Positions 46,719 through 56,161 are shown, counted from the first letter of the stretch. The stretch is DNA of 64,000 nucleotides from Candidatus Woesearchaeota archaeon (GCA_964576755.1 CAZNUV010000004.1:740-64739), one strand, 5' to 3'. Notes: generated from the letters alone by a model not told the origin. Numbers and translations are program-made.

Positions 46719-49700
46719 TCATATGAAATACATATTTTCATATAAATATCCTGTAAAGCATATTTCTCCATCAAATCCAATATAAATCATATTTGTTCCC
46801 GTACTATTTTTAATAATAAAAGCATCTTGTGAAGGCTCACAAGTTGGATTATGTGCAGAACAATTTCCATTCTCTAAGCACATGTTTCCTTCTTCATCAA
46901 TATATGCAGTAGTATTGTCTGTTGAATTTGCAAAAATAAGTGAATTACTTGGAGCAGAACATGTTGGAGTGGAATTGCATGTGCCCCTTAATACAATGTT
47001 TCCTGAGTCCCCAAACCAAGAGACATTATCTCCTGAAGAATTTTTATGATAAAATCGGTAAATATCATCTGGATAAGGATTTACACTTATTAGGATGGAA
47101 GGAAAAGAGATGTTTATTCCACCATCTGTATCATTTACCTGAACTTCAATATAAGAATAACCATATTCATCAGGGGAAGGATTATTACATGTAAGATTAC
47201 CAGAATTTAGATAACAATCAATTAAAGAAGGGTTGCTTTGATTATTGATCTGATAAATTAAATTATTATCTGAGTCTTCAATATCTGAAGAACAAAGGCC
47301 TAAATCTATCTGAACTCCAGAACCACTAGTATCTTCCCAGATATGGGCATCTAAGCAAGAAAATATTATTGGAAGATTATTTAATACAACTACAGTATCT
47401 ATGTCTGTTGTCCATCCACTAGATAGTCTACTGTCTGAAACATTACATCTAAAATCAAAATTACCTAGGTCGTCATCAGAATAATTGGTTGTATAATTAC
47501 ACTTCCAATAACCATTAATTGTATCATAAGTTATATTTTCACATTCAATATAACCATTATTCGTTGTATTTTGATACTCTATAAGGGCATCCAATGAACT
47601 ATTAATTGTTTCATCATCCTCAACAGTACATCTTATTTCAATATCTTCTCCCCTATAAAGAGATGAAGGGTATTGTGTCAAGTTAATTACTGTTGGTACA
47701 GTATTTGGGGTACTAATGTTTAGAGTCCAGTTTGAATTAGCCCAATCTGCTTGAGATTTATCATCATAAGCTAAACAATTCCAAATAAAAGAGATATCAT
47801 CTTGGAGATTATTTATTGTAAAGTTTGCAGAGTTAGAGGTTCCAGAGATCTCTTTTGTTTGATTAGCTTGCCAAGTCCCATTTATATTTGTGTAAAGGGT
47901 TATGTTGGATAGAGCCTCTTCATCAGTCACATTACAAATAAGAGTAATATTTTTGGTAATACTTATATTATTATCTAGTGGGCTGATCAATGTTACATTT
48001 GGAGGATTATTTGTAAGATTATAATAGATCTCTACAGCTGAAAGTTTTAATTTGCCCTTAGAATCTGAATGTAATGTTAAAGAAATATTACAATAACCTT
48101 CTCCATCTGGTGTGCAGTTAACTAAAGCATCATTTAATTCTTGTGCAAAATTATCTGTAGTTTCTTCTACTCTAAAATATCTAGTATAATTCCAAACATT
48201 AACATTATTGAGGTGCATAGAGACATTTGAAGTATAATTTCTATTATCAATTTCTATTGTTTTATTTTTAGTTGATTCATAATTCCCCCCAATATCTTGA
48301 CTATAATATCTTATGTAACTCGTTCCAAAAGTTGAAATATTAACCATTGAAGAATAATTTGTTATTGGCGAACATATATTAAGAGTATCAATACAATATT
48401 TTGGATAACCTGATTTGCATCCAGATCCGTTACCATCTTCACAAGATAAGGTAACTCCCACATTATTGTAAGTTAAATTGTTAAAAGAATAGTTTTCTTC
48501 TCCAGGAGGAGATGTTGCTGTTGCAGTAGTTGTAGGGGTTATAGAATCAATCTTGTCAATGTATTGTTGCGTTGATTCATAATAAGTATCTGTTCCAGAG
48601 TAAACTCCTCTCCATCTAAAATAGGTAGTACCTTCTGCGGAAATATTAATATACTCATTAAGTCCATAATTTTCAGAAGGGGTACAACTGGAACCAGTAC
48701 AATATTGAACATATGAACAATCATTTTGACAAGAAATATAGTGTCGAATATTTTCATCAGTCCACGTATTGGAGGTATATGATCCTCCCCCAGGAGGAGA
48801 TGTTGCTACATGGGTTGTTGTGGGTGTTGGAACAGTATAGTAAATTGAGAGATAATGGATATATGATCCTTCTGAAGTATCATAAAAGTCTGTATTACAT
48901 TCATCTCCCCAGTCTTCTTCTCCAAGAATTCCCAAGATAAATTCATCATATGTGGAATCATTTAATGCTACTTGAATTTCATCTTCTGCACCAGTTATAT
49001 GAATATTGTACCATTGATCGTCATCACCCTCACTATCCCAAATAAAAGAATTATACATTTCCCCATTATCTAACCACAACCATAAATCTTCCTCTTCCTC
49101 TTCATCCTCTGGAGAAAGATCTATATTATCCTCATAGGCATCATCTTCAGTAGAACCGTAGATATCAATATATTGATAACTGCCACAATCATCCATTACA
49201 ATATTTGTAGGATACATATAGAGATAGGTGGTTCCAATTGTAGCATCGTGAGGTATTAGAGAATCTTCGATATCAAAGGTTGCCATTCCCCTTGCCTTAT
49301 AATCAGTAGAGGGTCCAACATCGCTTCCAATTTCTACAAGTTCATCTTCATCCCAAGCATATGTCCCACTAAGTCTTCTAAGGGCAGTTCCATAACCTGC
49401 ACTATTTTCATCTCCTTCTATGGAGATGGAGGGATCAATATAACTTAAGTCGTCTCCAGATATTTCAATAGAATCTTCACTGATATTAACATTAAGTTCT
49501 TGATGTTTTACTGCTCTTTTGAAATCTATTCTCTGCTCATCACATATTAATGAATCTTTTCCAGGAATACATTTCACATTTTCTGTTATGATCTCGTAAC
49601 CTATTTTTTCAAATTGATTAGCCCCTCTTAATGTGTGTTCAAAATAATAACCCCCTCTTTTCTTAATGATGTTTGTTTTAAAATTATGATAAAGCTTACT

Positions 49701-50111
49701 AAGGAGACTTTTATCTTCAAACATTTCTTTAATCCCCTCTGGATCTATGGTGTAAAATCTGAAAGTTACAGATTTGTCATTCCATTCCAAAATCATTTCG
49801 TTTTCGTCAGCATTAAATTGGGTTGTTTCTTCATAAGGCTTATAGATTCCATCTAAATTTTTCATATTAACTTCTTTTGAATATAATAAACTAATAAATT
49901 CATTTTCATTAGAGGAATATAGGTCTGTAGAAGCAGTTCTTTCAATAACTTTTAAGCTATCAAAATCAATAACTACTTGATCTTTCAAAAACTTTTCTCG
50001 ATCAGTCGTTTCAATTTCTTCTAATGTGTTTGAACTAACTATTAAAATTTGAATTATTATCAATACTAAAACTCCAAAAAGAAGAACATAATTTTTATGA
50101 AAATTAACCAT
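46719..50111 (-). CDS. Very large exported, sequon-rich surface protein (1130 aa)
   Basis: N-terminal anchor or signal, and an acidic run EDEEEEED. Two tandem ~95-aa modules (..TSPPGGGSYTSNTW.. and ..TSPPGEENYSFNNL..). An Ig-like module is shared with the upstream gene. C-terminal ~30-aa repeats (..KNSSG..V.W...GN..L.G.C). Many N-x-S/T sites. Confidence 0.7.
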   Translation of the reverse strand: MVNFHKNYVLLFGVLVLIIIQILIVSSNTLEEIETTDREKFLKDQVVIDFDSLKVIERTASTDLYSSNENEFISLLYSKEVNMKNLDGIYKPYEETTQFNADENEMILEWNDKSVTFRFYTIDPEGIKEMFEDKSLLSKLYHNFKTNIIKKRGGYYFEHTLRGANQFEKIGYEIITENVKCIPGKDSLICDEQRIDFKRAVKHQELNVNISEDSIEISGDDLSYIDPSISIEGDENSAGYGTALRRLSGTYAWDEDELVEIGSDVGPSTDYKARGMATFDIEDSLIPHDATIGTTYLYMYPTNIVMDDCGSYQYIDIYGSTEDDAYEDNIDLSPEDEEEEEDLWLWLDNGEMYNSFIWDSEGDDDQWYNIHITGAEDEIQVALNDSTYDEFILGILGEEDWGDECNTDFYDTSEGSYIHYLSIYYTVPTPTTTHVATSPPGGGSYTSNTWTDENIRHYISCQNDCSYVQYCTGSSCTPSENYGLNEYINISAEGTTYFRWRGVYSGTDTYYESTQQYIDKIDSITPTTTATATSPPGEENYSFNNLTYNNVGVTLSCEDGNGSGCKSGYPKYCIDTLNICSPITNYSSMVNISTFGTSYIRYYSQDIGGNYESTKNKTIEIDNRNYTSNVSMHLNNVNVWNYTRYFRVEETTDNFAQELNDALVNCTPDGEGYCNISLTLHSDSKGKLKLSAVEIYYNLTNNPPNVTLISPLDNNISITKNITLICNVTDEEALSNITLYTNINGTWQANQTKEISGTSNSANFTINNLQDDISFIWNCLAYDDKSQADWANSNWTLNISTPNTVPTVINLTQYPSSLYRGEDIEIRCTVEDDETINSSLDALIEYQNTTNNGYIECENITYDTINGYWKCNYTTNYSDDDLGNFDFRCNVSDSRLSSGWTTDIDTVVVLNNLPIIFSCLDAHIWEDTSGSGVQIDLGLCSSDIEDSDNNLIYQINNQSNPSLIDCYLNSGNLTCNNPSPDEYGYSYIEVQVNDTDGGINISFPSILISVNPYPDDIYRFYHKNSSGDNVSWFGDSGNIVLRGTCNSTPTCSAPSNSLIFANSTDNTTAYIDEEGNMCLENGNCSAHNPTCEPSQDAFIIKNSTGTNMIYIGFDGEICFTGYLYENMYFI

Positions 50112-50112
50112 C

Positions 50113-52632
50113 TTATAAGGGTAAACCAGTCAAATTTAATTTAGCACTTGTAACGTTAGCATTTTTTTTAATCTTTATATAAACAGTTTGATTTCCTGTT
50201 TGATTATACTCAAGTGTTTCTTCTGCATTTCCATCTGAAAAAGTATTAATTAAACCAGGAACAGTAACAGAAAAAGAAAATGGTCCATTCCAGGCCCAAC
50301 TCCAATGGGAATCATTGTCATAAACAAGATAGTTCCAAATATAATTCCCTATACTAATATTATTTATTGTTTTTGTTGTTGAATTGTTTGGTCCAGTTAT
50401 TGTTTTAGTTCCATTTGCTAAAAATGTTCCGTTTATATTACTATAAAATGTAATATTGGCTAAATTAACATTGTCTTCTGCAGTACAATTAAAAGTTATA
50501 TTTCCCGTATCGCTTACATAATTATTTGTAGGAAAAAGAAGGGTTGCATTTGGATAATCTCCACAAACATTACTTTCATCAATTATATTGTTACAGTTAT
50601 TATCTAAACCATCACAAGTTTCATTTACTGGCTCGATATAATTTCCGGTACAATTTCCCCATTGTCCTATAGTGCAGGTTTGTGTTCCTTTGATACATTC
50701 TCCAACATCGGTCCCACATTCTTGAGTTAGATTATTATCTACCTCCCCATTACAATCATCATCAATGTTATTGCAGGTCTCGTTAACCGCATTTCCAGAT
50801 GTAGAACATGCCCCCCAGCTTCCTGCAGTACAAGTTCTTATTCCTCCGGCACAAATGCCTGTTCCACAACCCTCGCTGAAATTATCTATAATCCCATCAC
50901 AGTTATCATCTTGATTATTACAAGTTTCTAAACTTGGTGAACAACAATCACCGTCAGCCATACAAACAGAACCCCCGGCAGTATCACAACAATACATATT
51001 CTCTGGATCTCTGTCCCCATATTCTTCTGCACAACATAATTCTCCAGTATCACAATGCCAACAATCGCCGTCAGAAGTATGGCAGTCATAAGGATATTCT
51101 CCCCCACACACATCACAATCTCCAGTATTTGTATCACAATAAGCTCCATCCTCATGGCAACACCATTCTGGATCCCCACTATCTGGGCAACAGATAGAAT
51201 AATCATCATCTCCTAAGGTACAATGCCAACATTGATCATTACATGCCCAAGGGTAACCTGGATCTTCACAATAAACATCTCCAGCACATTCACCATACTC
51301 ACAAATGCCAGAAGTACATTCTTGTTTTTCTATAGGGCCGGTATCATACCCACAGTATGAGGATTCTGTTCCAGGATTATAACAAGTATATTCCTTCCAG
51401 TACTGCCATACGTCTCCTCCAGAACAATAAGGGCTACCCTCCCATCCACTATCACCACAATCTCCATCTCCAGAGCAAGTTATAGCACCATAACAGTTGT
51501 TGGTTGATTCATCACATCCATATTGGCAAGTTTCTTCATAAGTATTTTGAACCCATCCAGTATTTTCTTGGTCATTAGTACAATCTCCCTCCATTGGCCA
51601 CTCACTAGAACATTTGTAAGCAGTGTACCATTTGTGCTTAAATCTATAATCTCCATTACAGTAATAAGACCAATCACTTTCCCAGTTTATATCAATACAA
51701 TCATACTGACAGGGATAATAAGCACAATAAATTGGGTAACTGGGGGTAGGCGTTGTACAAGCAATTGAGATACCAGCACCCGCACCTGCAAGACAAGTTA
51801 AACAGAAACCACAAGAGGTTGGTTCTAAAAGAGTGGTGCAGGGTCTACAGAGAGTTCCACATAGAATGGGGAGAAGGGGATCTGATGCTAAAGCATATTC
51901 TATTCCATAGACTACACATCGAATCCAGGTACAACTTCCATGACCCCATACAGAAACAATTTCATTTTTGTTTAAATTTATTGATCCTCCACTTTCATTA
52001 TCCAAATCAGATATTACAAGGATTACTTCTCCTTCTTTTTCTTCTAATTTCATTAAAAACGGTTTTATTATGTTCTCTGTTGAACTAGTAGGATCTGGAC
52101 TTACTAAAGAAATTAATTCACCATCCTTCGAAGAAAATAAAGATATAATTCCTTTTGACCCATCTTCATATTCTACTTTGATAACTTGTTCTACAGAATC
52201 ATATCCTCTTTCAGTTACATGTTCATAACCTTTTTTATAATCTCTATTTTCTCTTAAAATTTGAGAGATTTCATTCTCTCCTAATTCTTTCTGATGCAAC
52301 ATTTTTGGATAATTCATTTTTTCCAAATTGTTTGAATCCTTTATTTTCTCTTTTTTAATTTTATTGTTTATCTCTAAGGTAAATGTATTTTCTAGGCTTG
52401 GAGATACTATTGGAGGAATTTTTTCAAAAAAGAATTTATTTTTTCCTGAGAAGAAGTCTGAGTTTAATGCTCCTGAACAAGCCATTTCTTGCGATTTTTT
52501 TGCTAAAGAAGATGAAATAACATTCTCTGAATTATCTGGATTCTCTAAAACAGAAGAACTAATTGGAATAGTCAAAAATAAAAAGATTGTTAGAAAAAAG
52601 GTTATATTTTTTAAGTAAGGTCTTCTCTTCAT
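50113..52632 (-). CDS. Exported, extremely Cys-rich surface protein (839 aa)
   Basis: Signal peptide, a central region with dense Cys, three C-x3-D-x-x-C-(D/N)-x-x-(I/V)-D-(N/E) repeats, and a C-terminal Ig-like module homologous to one in the 1130-aa protein. Its stop is 1 nt from the next start. Confidence 0.7.
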   Translation of the reverse strand: MKRRPYLKNITFFLTIFLFLTIPISSSVLENPDNSENVISSSLAKKSQEMACSGALNSDFFSGKNKFFFEKIPPIVSPSLENTFTLEINNKIKKEKIKDSNNLEKMNYPKMLHQKELGENEISQILRENRDYKKGYEHVTERGYDSVEQVIKVEYEDGSKGIISLFSSKDGELISLVSPDPTSSTENIIKPFLMKLEEKEGEVILVISDLDNESGGSINLNKNEIVSVWGHGSCTWIRCVVYGIEYALASDPLLPILCGTLCRPCTTLLEPTSCGFCLTCLAGAGAGISIACTTPTPSYPIYCAYYPCQYDCIDINWESDWSYYCNGDYRFKHKWYTAYKCSSEWPMEGDCTNDQENTGWVQNTYEETCQYGCDESTNNCYGAITCSGDGDCGDSGWEGSPYCSGGDVWQYWKEYTCYNPGTESSYCGYDTGPIEKQECTSGICEYGECAGDVYCEDPGYPWACNDQCWHCTLGDDDYSICCPDSGDPEWCCHEDGAYCDTNTGDCDVCGGEYPYDCHTSDGDCWHCDTGELCCAEEYGDRDPENMYCCDTAGGSVCMADGDCCSPSLETCNNQDDNCDGIIDNFSEGCGTGICAGGIRTCTAGSWGACSTSGNAVNETCNNIDDDCNGEVDNNLTQECGTDVGECIKGTQTCTIGQWGNCTGNYIEPVNETCDGLDNNCNNIIDESNVCGDYPNATLLFPTNNYVSDTGNITFNCTAEDNVNLANITFYSNINGTFLANGTKTITGPNNSTTKTINNISIGNYIWNYLVYDNDSHWSWAWNGPFSFSVTVPGLINTFSDGNAEETLEYNQTGNQTVYIKIKKNANVTSAKLNLTGLPL

Positions 52633-52746
52633 TTTTACCTCTTTTTTAATATGAAGAGCTACATTAAAAAACTTTCTATTATTAAGAGTGTTAACAATTA
52701 ATGAATTATTCTATAAGTTTTTAAACTTTCTTTTATATAGATAATT

Positions 52747-53265
52747 ATGGTTAAGATCAGACAATTTTTACCAGGATTTCTTTTGTTGATTTTTGGAATC
52801 TTAATTTTCTTAATAGGATATTCTAGGGTGGGAACGGTTTTAATTTTATTAAGTTTTCTCATATTATTTTCAAAAATTTATGAATTAAACAAAGGAATTA
52901 AAATTTATTCTAAAAGATGGGTTGACCTATATTTTATAATAATTTTTGTGGGATTCATTCTTAGCATTCTTATTCAGCATAAATTATTTAATAGGCAAAT
53001 TTCTTTTTTAGAGATAATTCTAGGATCAATTCTTTTATTAGCGCTCTACTTGGTATCTCGATTTGCTTCCTTAAATTTAGAAAAAAAGAAACTAAAAATA
53101 ACCGCCTCTTTTTTAGGGGGATATTGTCTTATTGTTATTGGTTTAGTGTTTACTATCTTATTTTTTGTTTTTAAAAATCCTTATCTAATTTTTAATTTTA
53201 TTAGTATCTCTTTTATTATAGTGGGGGCCATTCTTATTTTTCTTAACTACCTTAGAAAGAAATAA
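52747..53265 (+). CDS. Polytopic membrane protein
   Basis: 172 aa with 5-6 TM segments. Confidence 0.5.
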   Translation: MVKIRQFLPGFLLLIFGILIFLIGYSRVGTVLILLSFLILFSKIYELNKGIKIYSKRWVDLYFIIIFVGFILSILIQHKLFNRQISFLEIILGSILLLALYLVSRFASLNLEKKKLKITASFLGGYCLIVIGLVFTILFFVFKNPYLIFNFISISFIIVGAILIFLNYLRKK

Positions 53266-53361
53266 CGTAGTTAACATAATCGGGAATACAAAACACTTAA
53301 AAAGCTCTAAATAGTACTAATTTTAAGCCCTAATGAGGAAAAGAGTTCTGATAAATTTAAG

Positions 53362-55785
53362 ATGAAAATGAAAAATAGTACGGGCCTAATGTTCCTAGGA
53401 ATCTTACTAGTTCTTTCTATCTCATTTGTTAGTGCGGGTATTTTCTTAAATAAAGACGGAACAATTGGAACTACAATCTCTGTAATCCCTGATGAAGATA
53501 ATTACTCTTTCAGAGACTACGGACTTGATGAAGATGGTAATGGATTATATGATTATCTGGTTATTGAATTTAATCTAACTGTTCCAGAGGCTGGAGAGTA
53601 TGAAACTTATGCAAGACTTGAAGATAATCTAGGTCATAGAGTCTACACTAGCGGGCATGAGGAAATTGATCTGGTTACTGGTGAAAATGTTATTTCTATT
53701 AAAATTAGTGGTATGGAAATTTATTCGGGTGGCATAAACGGAGAGTATAAACTAATAAGATTAGAAGTTGAAGGAGATGATAATAATTTTGAATTTGAAC
53801 TTTATGAAGATATTTATACAACTTCAGATTATGATTATACTGAATTTGAAAGACCTTCCTTACAGCTTACAGATTATTTTAATGAATACGTCCTAGATAA
53901 AAATAATGATGGACTGTATGATTATTTGATCATTGAAACAAAGATTAACATTACTCGAGCTTCAGAATATGAAATTGAGTGTGAGCTAGAGAATTCTGAA
54001 GGTAGATCTATCTCAGATTTTGAATATGAAGGATATTTTGAAGAAGGAATTCATACCATCAATTTCACATTTCCAGGAGAGGAAATTAATCAAAAGGGAT
54101 CTAACGGGCCTTTTATTTTGAAAGAAATACATGTAGAAAAAGAACCAGAAGATATAAGGTTTAAATATTTGAATGTGTACACTACATTAGATTATAATTA
54201 TTCTGAGTTTTCAAGTGAAGAAATAACAGAACCCATAATCTTCGAGGAAATAACAATAACTCCTGATGAAGTATATCCTGGTGAAACTGTTGAAATTGAA
54301 GTTATTGTAGAAAATAAATGGGCGGGAGATCAAGAAAAAGTCCTAATAACTGTTTTTAATGAAGCGCTAGGATTAAATCTCTCTGAAACAATTGAGCCCT
54401 TGGATGAAGGAGAGAATGAGAGAGTTTTATTTAACTTTACTATTCCTAGCGATGCTAATTCAAAAACATATCGTTTAAATTTTGAAGCATTCTGGGATTA
54501 TGATTCTGATAAAGATATTTATAATAAAGAACTAGAAGTTGAGGAAGTAGACTATCTTAAGATATTATCTGATTTAGCCGTTACAATTACTACGCCAGAG
54601 AATAATTCAACAGTAACTAAAGACTATGTTTGGTTAAGAGTTGATTCTAATGGAACTGCAATTTGTGAGTACGCTTTTGGAATGGGAATGACATTTTCTG
54701 CACCCAATTGTTCTGAAGGCGAAGCTTGTGGTCCTGGTGGTGGGGGTGGAGGGGTTTCAGTACTAAAAGAAATGGACATAACTGGAGGGTCTGAACACAT
54801 GCACCTTATTGAAGGATTAAGAAACACGATTAATAATGAAACCTATCATGAGTGGTATTCTATATATGTTTCTTGCAAAAATGAAGATGGTGAAAAAGAT
54901 TCCGCAAAAACAACCTTTTATGTTGATATAAACAATGAAATTCCTCCTGAAGTAGATATTTCTGCACGATTAGATTCTGTTGCCCGTGCTGGAGAGGATA
55001 TGGTTATTGGAGTAACAGTTAAAAATATAGGGACAAAAACAGAAGAATTTGAATTAGGGGTTGGAGGAGATTGGGAAAATTTTGCATCAGAATTTAATTA
55101 TAATGAAGATACAATTCAGTTAGATCCCTGGGAGTTTAAAGAGGTATTCTTAACTTTTAAGGTAAATGAAGATGGTGCTGGACTTCAAGAATTTTCTATT
55201 TTAATTAGCTTTAATGGAACTTTAATAGAAGAACAAAATATTCAAGTAACCATTGATCCGCCATTAGACACAACAGGCCCAGTAATAACCCTCTTAGGCC
55301 CCTCAGATGGATACACAAAGAAGACAAGAAGTTCTTCTTATGAAATTGATTTTAGATATAGTGTGTGGGATGAATCAGGGGTAGATACGTGTATTTTGTT
55401 TATTGATGGAAAGATTGAGGGATTAGAAATAGGCATTCAAAAGAGCACTGAATATGTTTTTTCAGAAGATCTTGACAGGGATGATTATGAATGGCATATA
55501 GAGTGTGTAGATTCTTATGAAAATAAGGGTGTTTCAGAAACAAGAGACTTAGAAATAAAAAAGAAATCTTCTTCAAGTAGTTCAAGTTCTAGTTCAAAAA
55601 CTAAAGATTATCCAGTAATAGTTCCTGTTGTTACAACAACTGAGCCAGATCCAGAAGTTGTTATTAATCTTAATCCCTTGCTTTCTCCTCCTTTAGAAGG
55701 AGCTATTAGTTTGAATTCTTCTGCACAAAAATCCGAAGGATTTTTTAGTGGGCTCGGCAGGTTTTGGAGAAGGTTGTTTGGTTAG
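53362..55785 (+). CDS. Exported multi-domain surface protein (807 aa) with CARDB-like modules
   Basis: Signal peptide. Internal duplication (..DGNGLYDYLVIEFNLTVPEAGEYE.. and ..NNDGLYDYLIIETKINITRASEYE..). CARDB-like ..VYPGETVEIEVIVENKW... G6 and S10 runs. Confidence 0.65.
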   Translation: MKMKNSTGLMFLGILLVLSISFVSAGIFLNKDGTIGTTISVIPDEDNYSFRDYGLDEDGNGLYDYLVIEFNLTVPEAGEYETYARLEDNLGHRVYTSGHEEIDLVTGENVISIKISGMEIYSGGINGEYKLIRLEVEGDDNNFEFELYEDIYTTSDYDYTEFERPSLQLTDYFNEYVLDKNNDGLYDYLIIETKINITRASEYEIECELENSEGRSISDFEYEGYFEEGIHTINFTFPGEEINQKGSNGPFILKEIHVEKEPEDIRFKYLNVYTTLDYNYSEFSSEEITEPIIFEEITITPDEVYPGETVEIEVIVENKWAGDQEKVLITVFNEALGLNLSETIEPLDEGENERVLFNFTIPSDANSKTYRLNFEAFWDYDSDKDIYNKELEVEEVDYLKILSDLAVTITTPENNSTVTKDYVWLRVDSNGTAICEYAFGMGMTFSAPNCSEGEACGPGGGGGGVSVLKEMDITGGSEHMHLIEGLRNTINNETYHEWYSIYVSCKNEDGEKDSAKTTFYVDINNEIPPEVDISARLDSVARAGEDMVIGVTVKNIGTKTEEFELGVGGDWENFASEFNYNEDTIQLDPWEFKEVFLTFKVNEDGAGLQEFSILISFNGTLIEEQNIQVTIDPPLDTTGPVITLLGPSDGYTKKTRSSSYEIDFRYSVWDESGVDTCILFIDGKIEGLEIGIQKSTEYVFSEDLDRDDYEWHIECVDSYENKGVSETRDLEIKKKSSSSSSSSSSKTKDYPVIVPVVTTTEPDPEVVINLNPLLSPPLEGAISLNSSAQKSEGFFSGLGRFWRRLFG

Positions 55786-55926
55786 ATTATTATATCTACT
55801 AACTAAATTTAGTTAAGGCCATTCATTACAGTCCATCTCTTCCCAATCAATATTGTTTTATGTTTCATTTTAGTTTATATAATTAACACTATAAGAGAAT
55901 ATAAAAAATTAACCTTTCCAATCTAT

Positions 55927-55984
55927 CCACTCAATCTCGACAATCCTTAAAAAGTCAAACCATCGCACACACATCGATGGGAAA
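55927..55984 (+). repeat. 58-bp repeat, copy 1 (TATA-like box plus start of a 30-codon mini-ORF)
   Basis: CCACTCAATCTCGACAATCCTTAAAAAGTCAAACCATCGCACACACATCGATGGGAAA. About 45/58 identical to 59343-59400. Confidence 0.65.
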
Positions 55985-56086
55985 TCCTGAATGGGTAACT
56001 AAACTTTTAGAATTAAAAAAGCAGGCTGAAATAGATAAGAAAGCGGAGAAATCTAATAATGATAACTAAACTAAAAGAAAAAGGAT

Positions 56087-56109
56087 CCCAGCACCCATGA
56101 AAACCCGAC
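56087..56109 (+). repeat. Arm site, right end of the element (inverted copy of 29347-29369)
   Basis: CCCAGCACCCATGAAAACCCGAC versus the reverse complement CCCAGCACCCATCAAATGCCGAC. Confidence 0.7.
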
Positions 56110-56124
56110 ACAGTCCAGTAGGTT

Positions 56125-56161
56125 CGGTTGGGGCGTACGGACAAAGTGTCCCATTTCATGG
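56125..56161 (+). repeat. att core copy B plus downstream arm
   Basis: CGGTTGGGGCG followed by TACGGACAAAGTGTCCCATTTCATGG. Flanked by CCATGAAA (56095-56102) and TTTCATGG (56154-56161). Confidence 0.75.

Larger units (their letters stand above)
29336..56135. mobile_element. Integrated element (integrative plasmid/ICE-like) in the 3' end of tRNA-Asp
   Basis: An integrase gene lies 90 nt from the tRNA. The direct repeat CGGTTGGGGCG occurs at 29325-29335 and 56125-56135. Inverted arms at 29347-29369 and 56087-56109 match 20/23. Cargo consists of MTases, R-M and VirB-like genes. Confidence 0.75.

Noticed and set aside
50928-52228. Multiple 60-110-aa ORFs on both strands inside the 839-aa Cys-rich gene (for example 50928-51209, 50934-51197, 51523-51768, 51753-52088)
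   Set aside because: They lie fully inside a long, domain-structured ORF. They arise from biased codon composition (TGY/GAY/AAY-rich) and have no start context.
29336-56135. Provirus interpretation of the integrated element
   Set aside because: I could not recognise capsid, portal, terminase or other virion genes, and VirB-like genes point to a plasmid/ICE-like element. Many ORFs are unassigned, so this is a lean rather than an exclusion.
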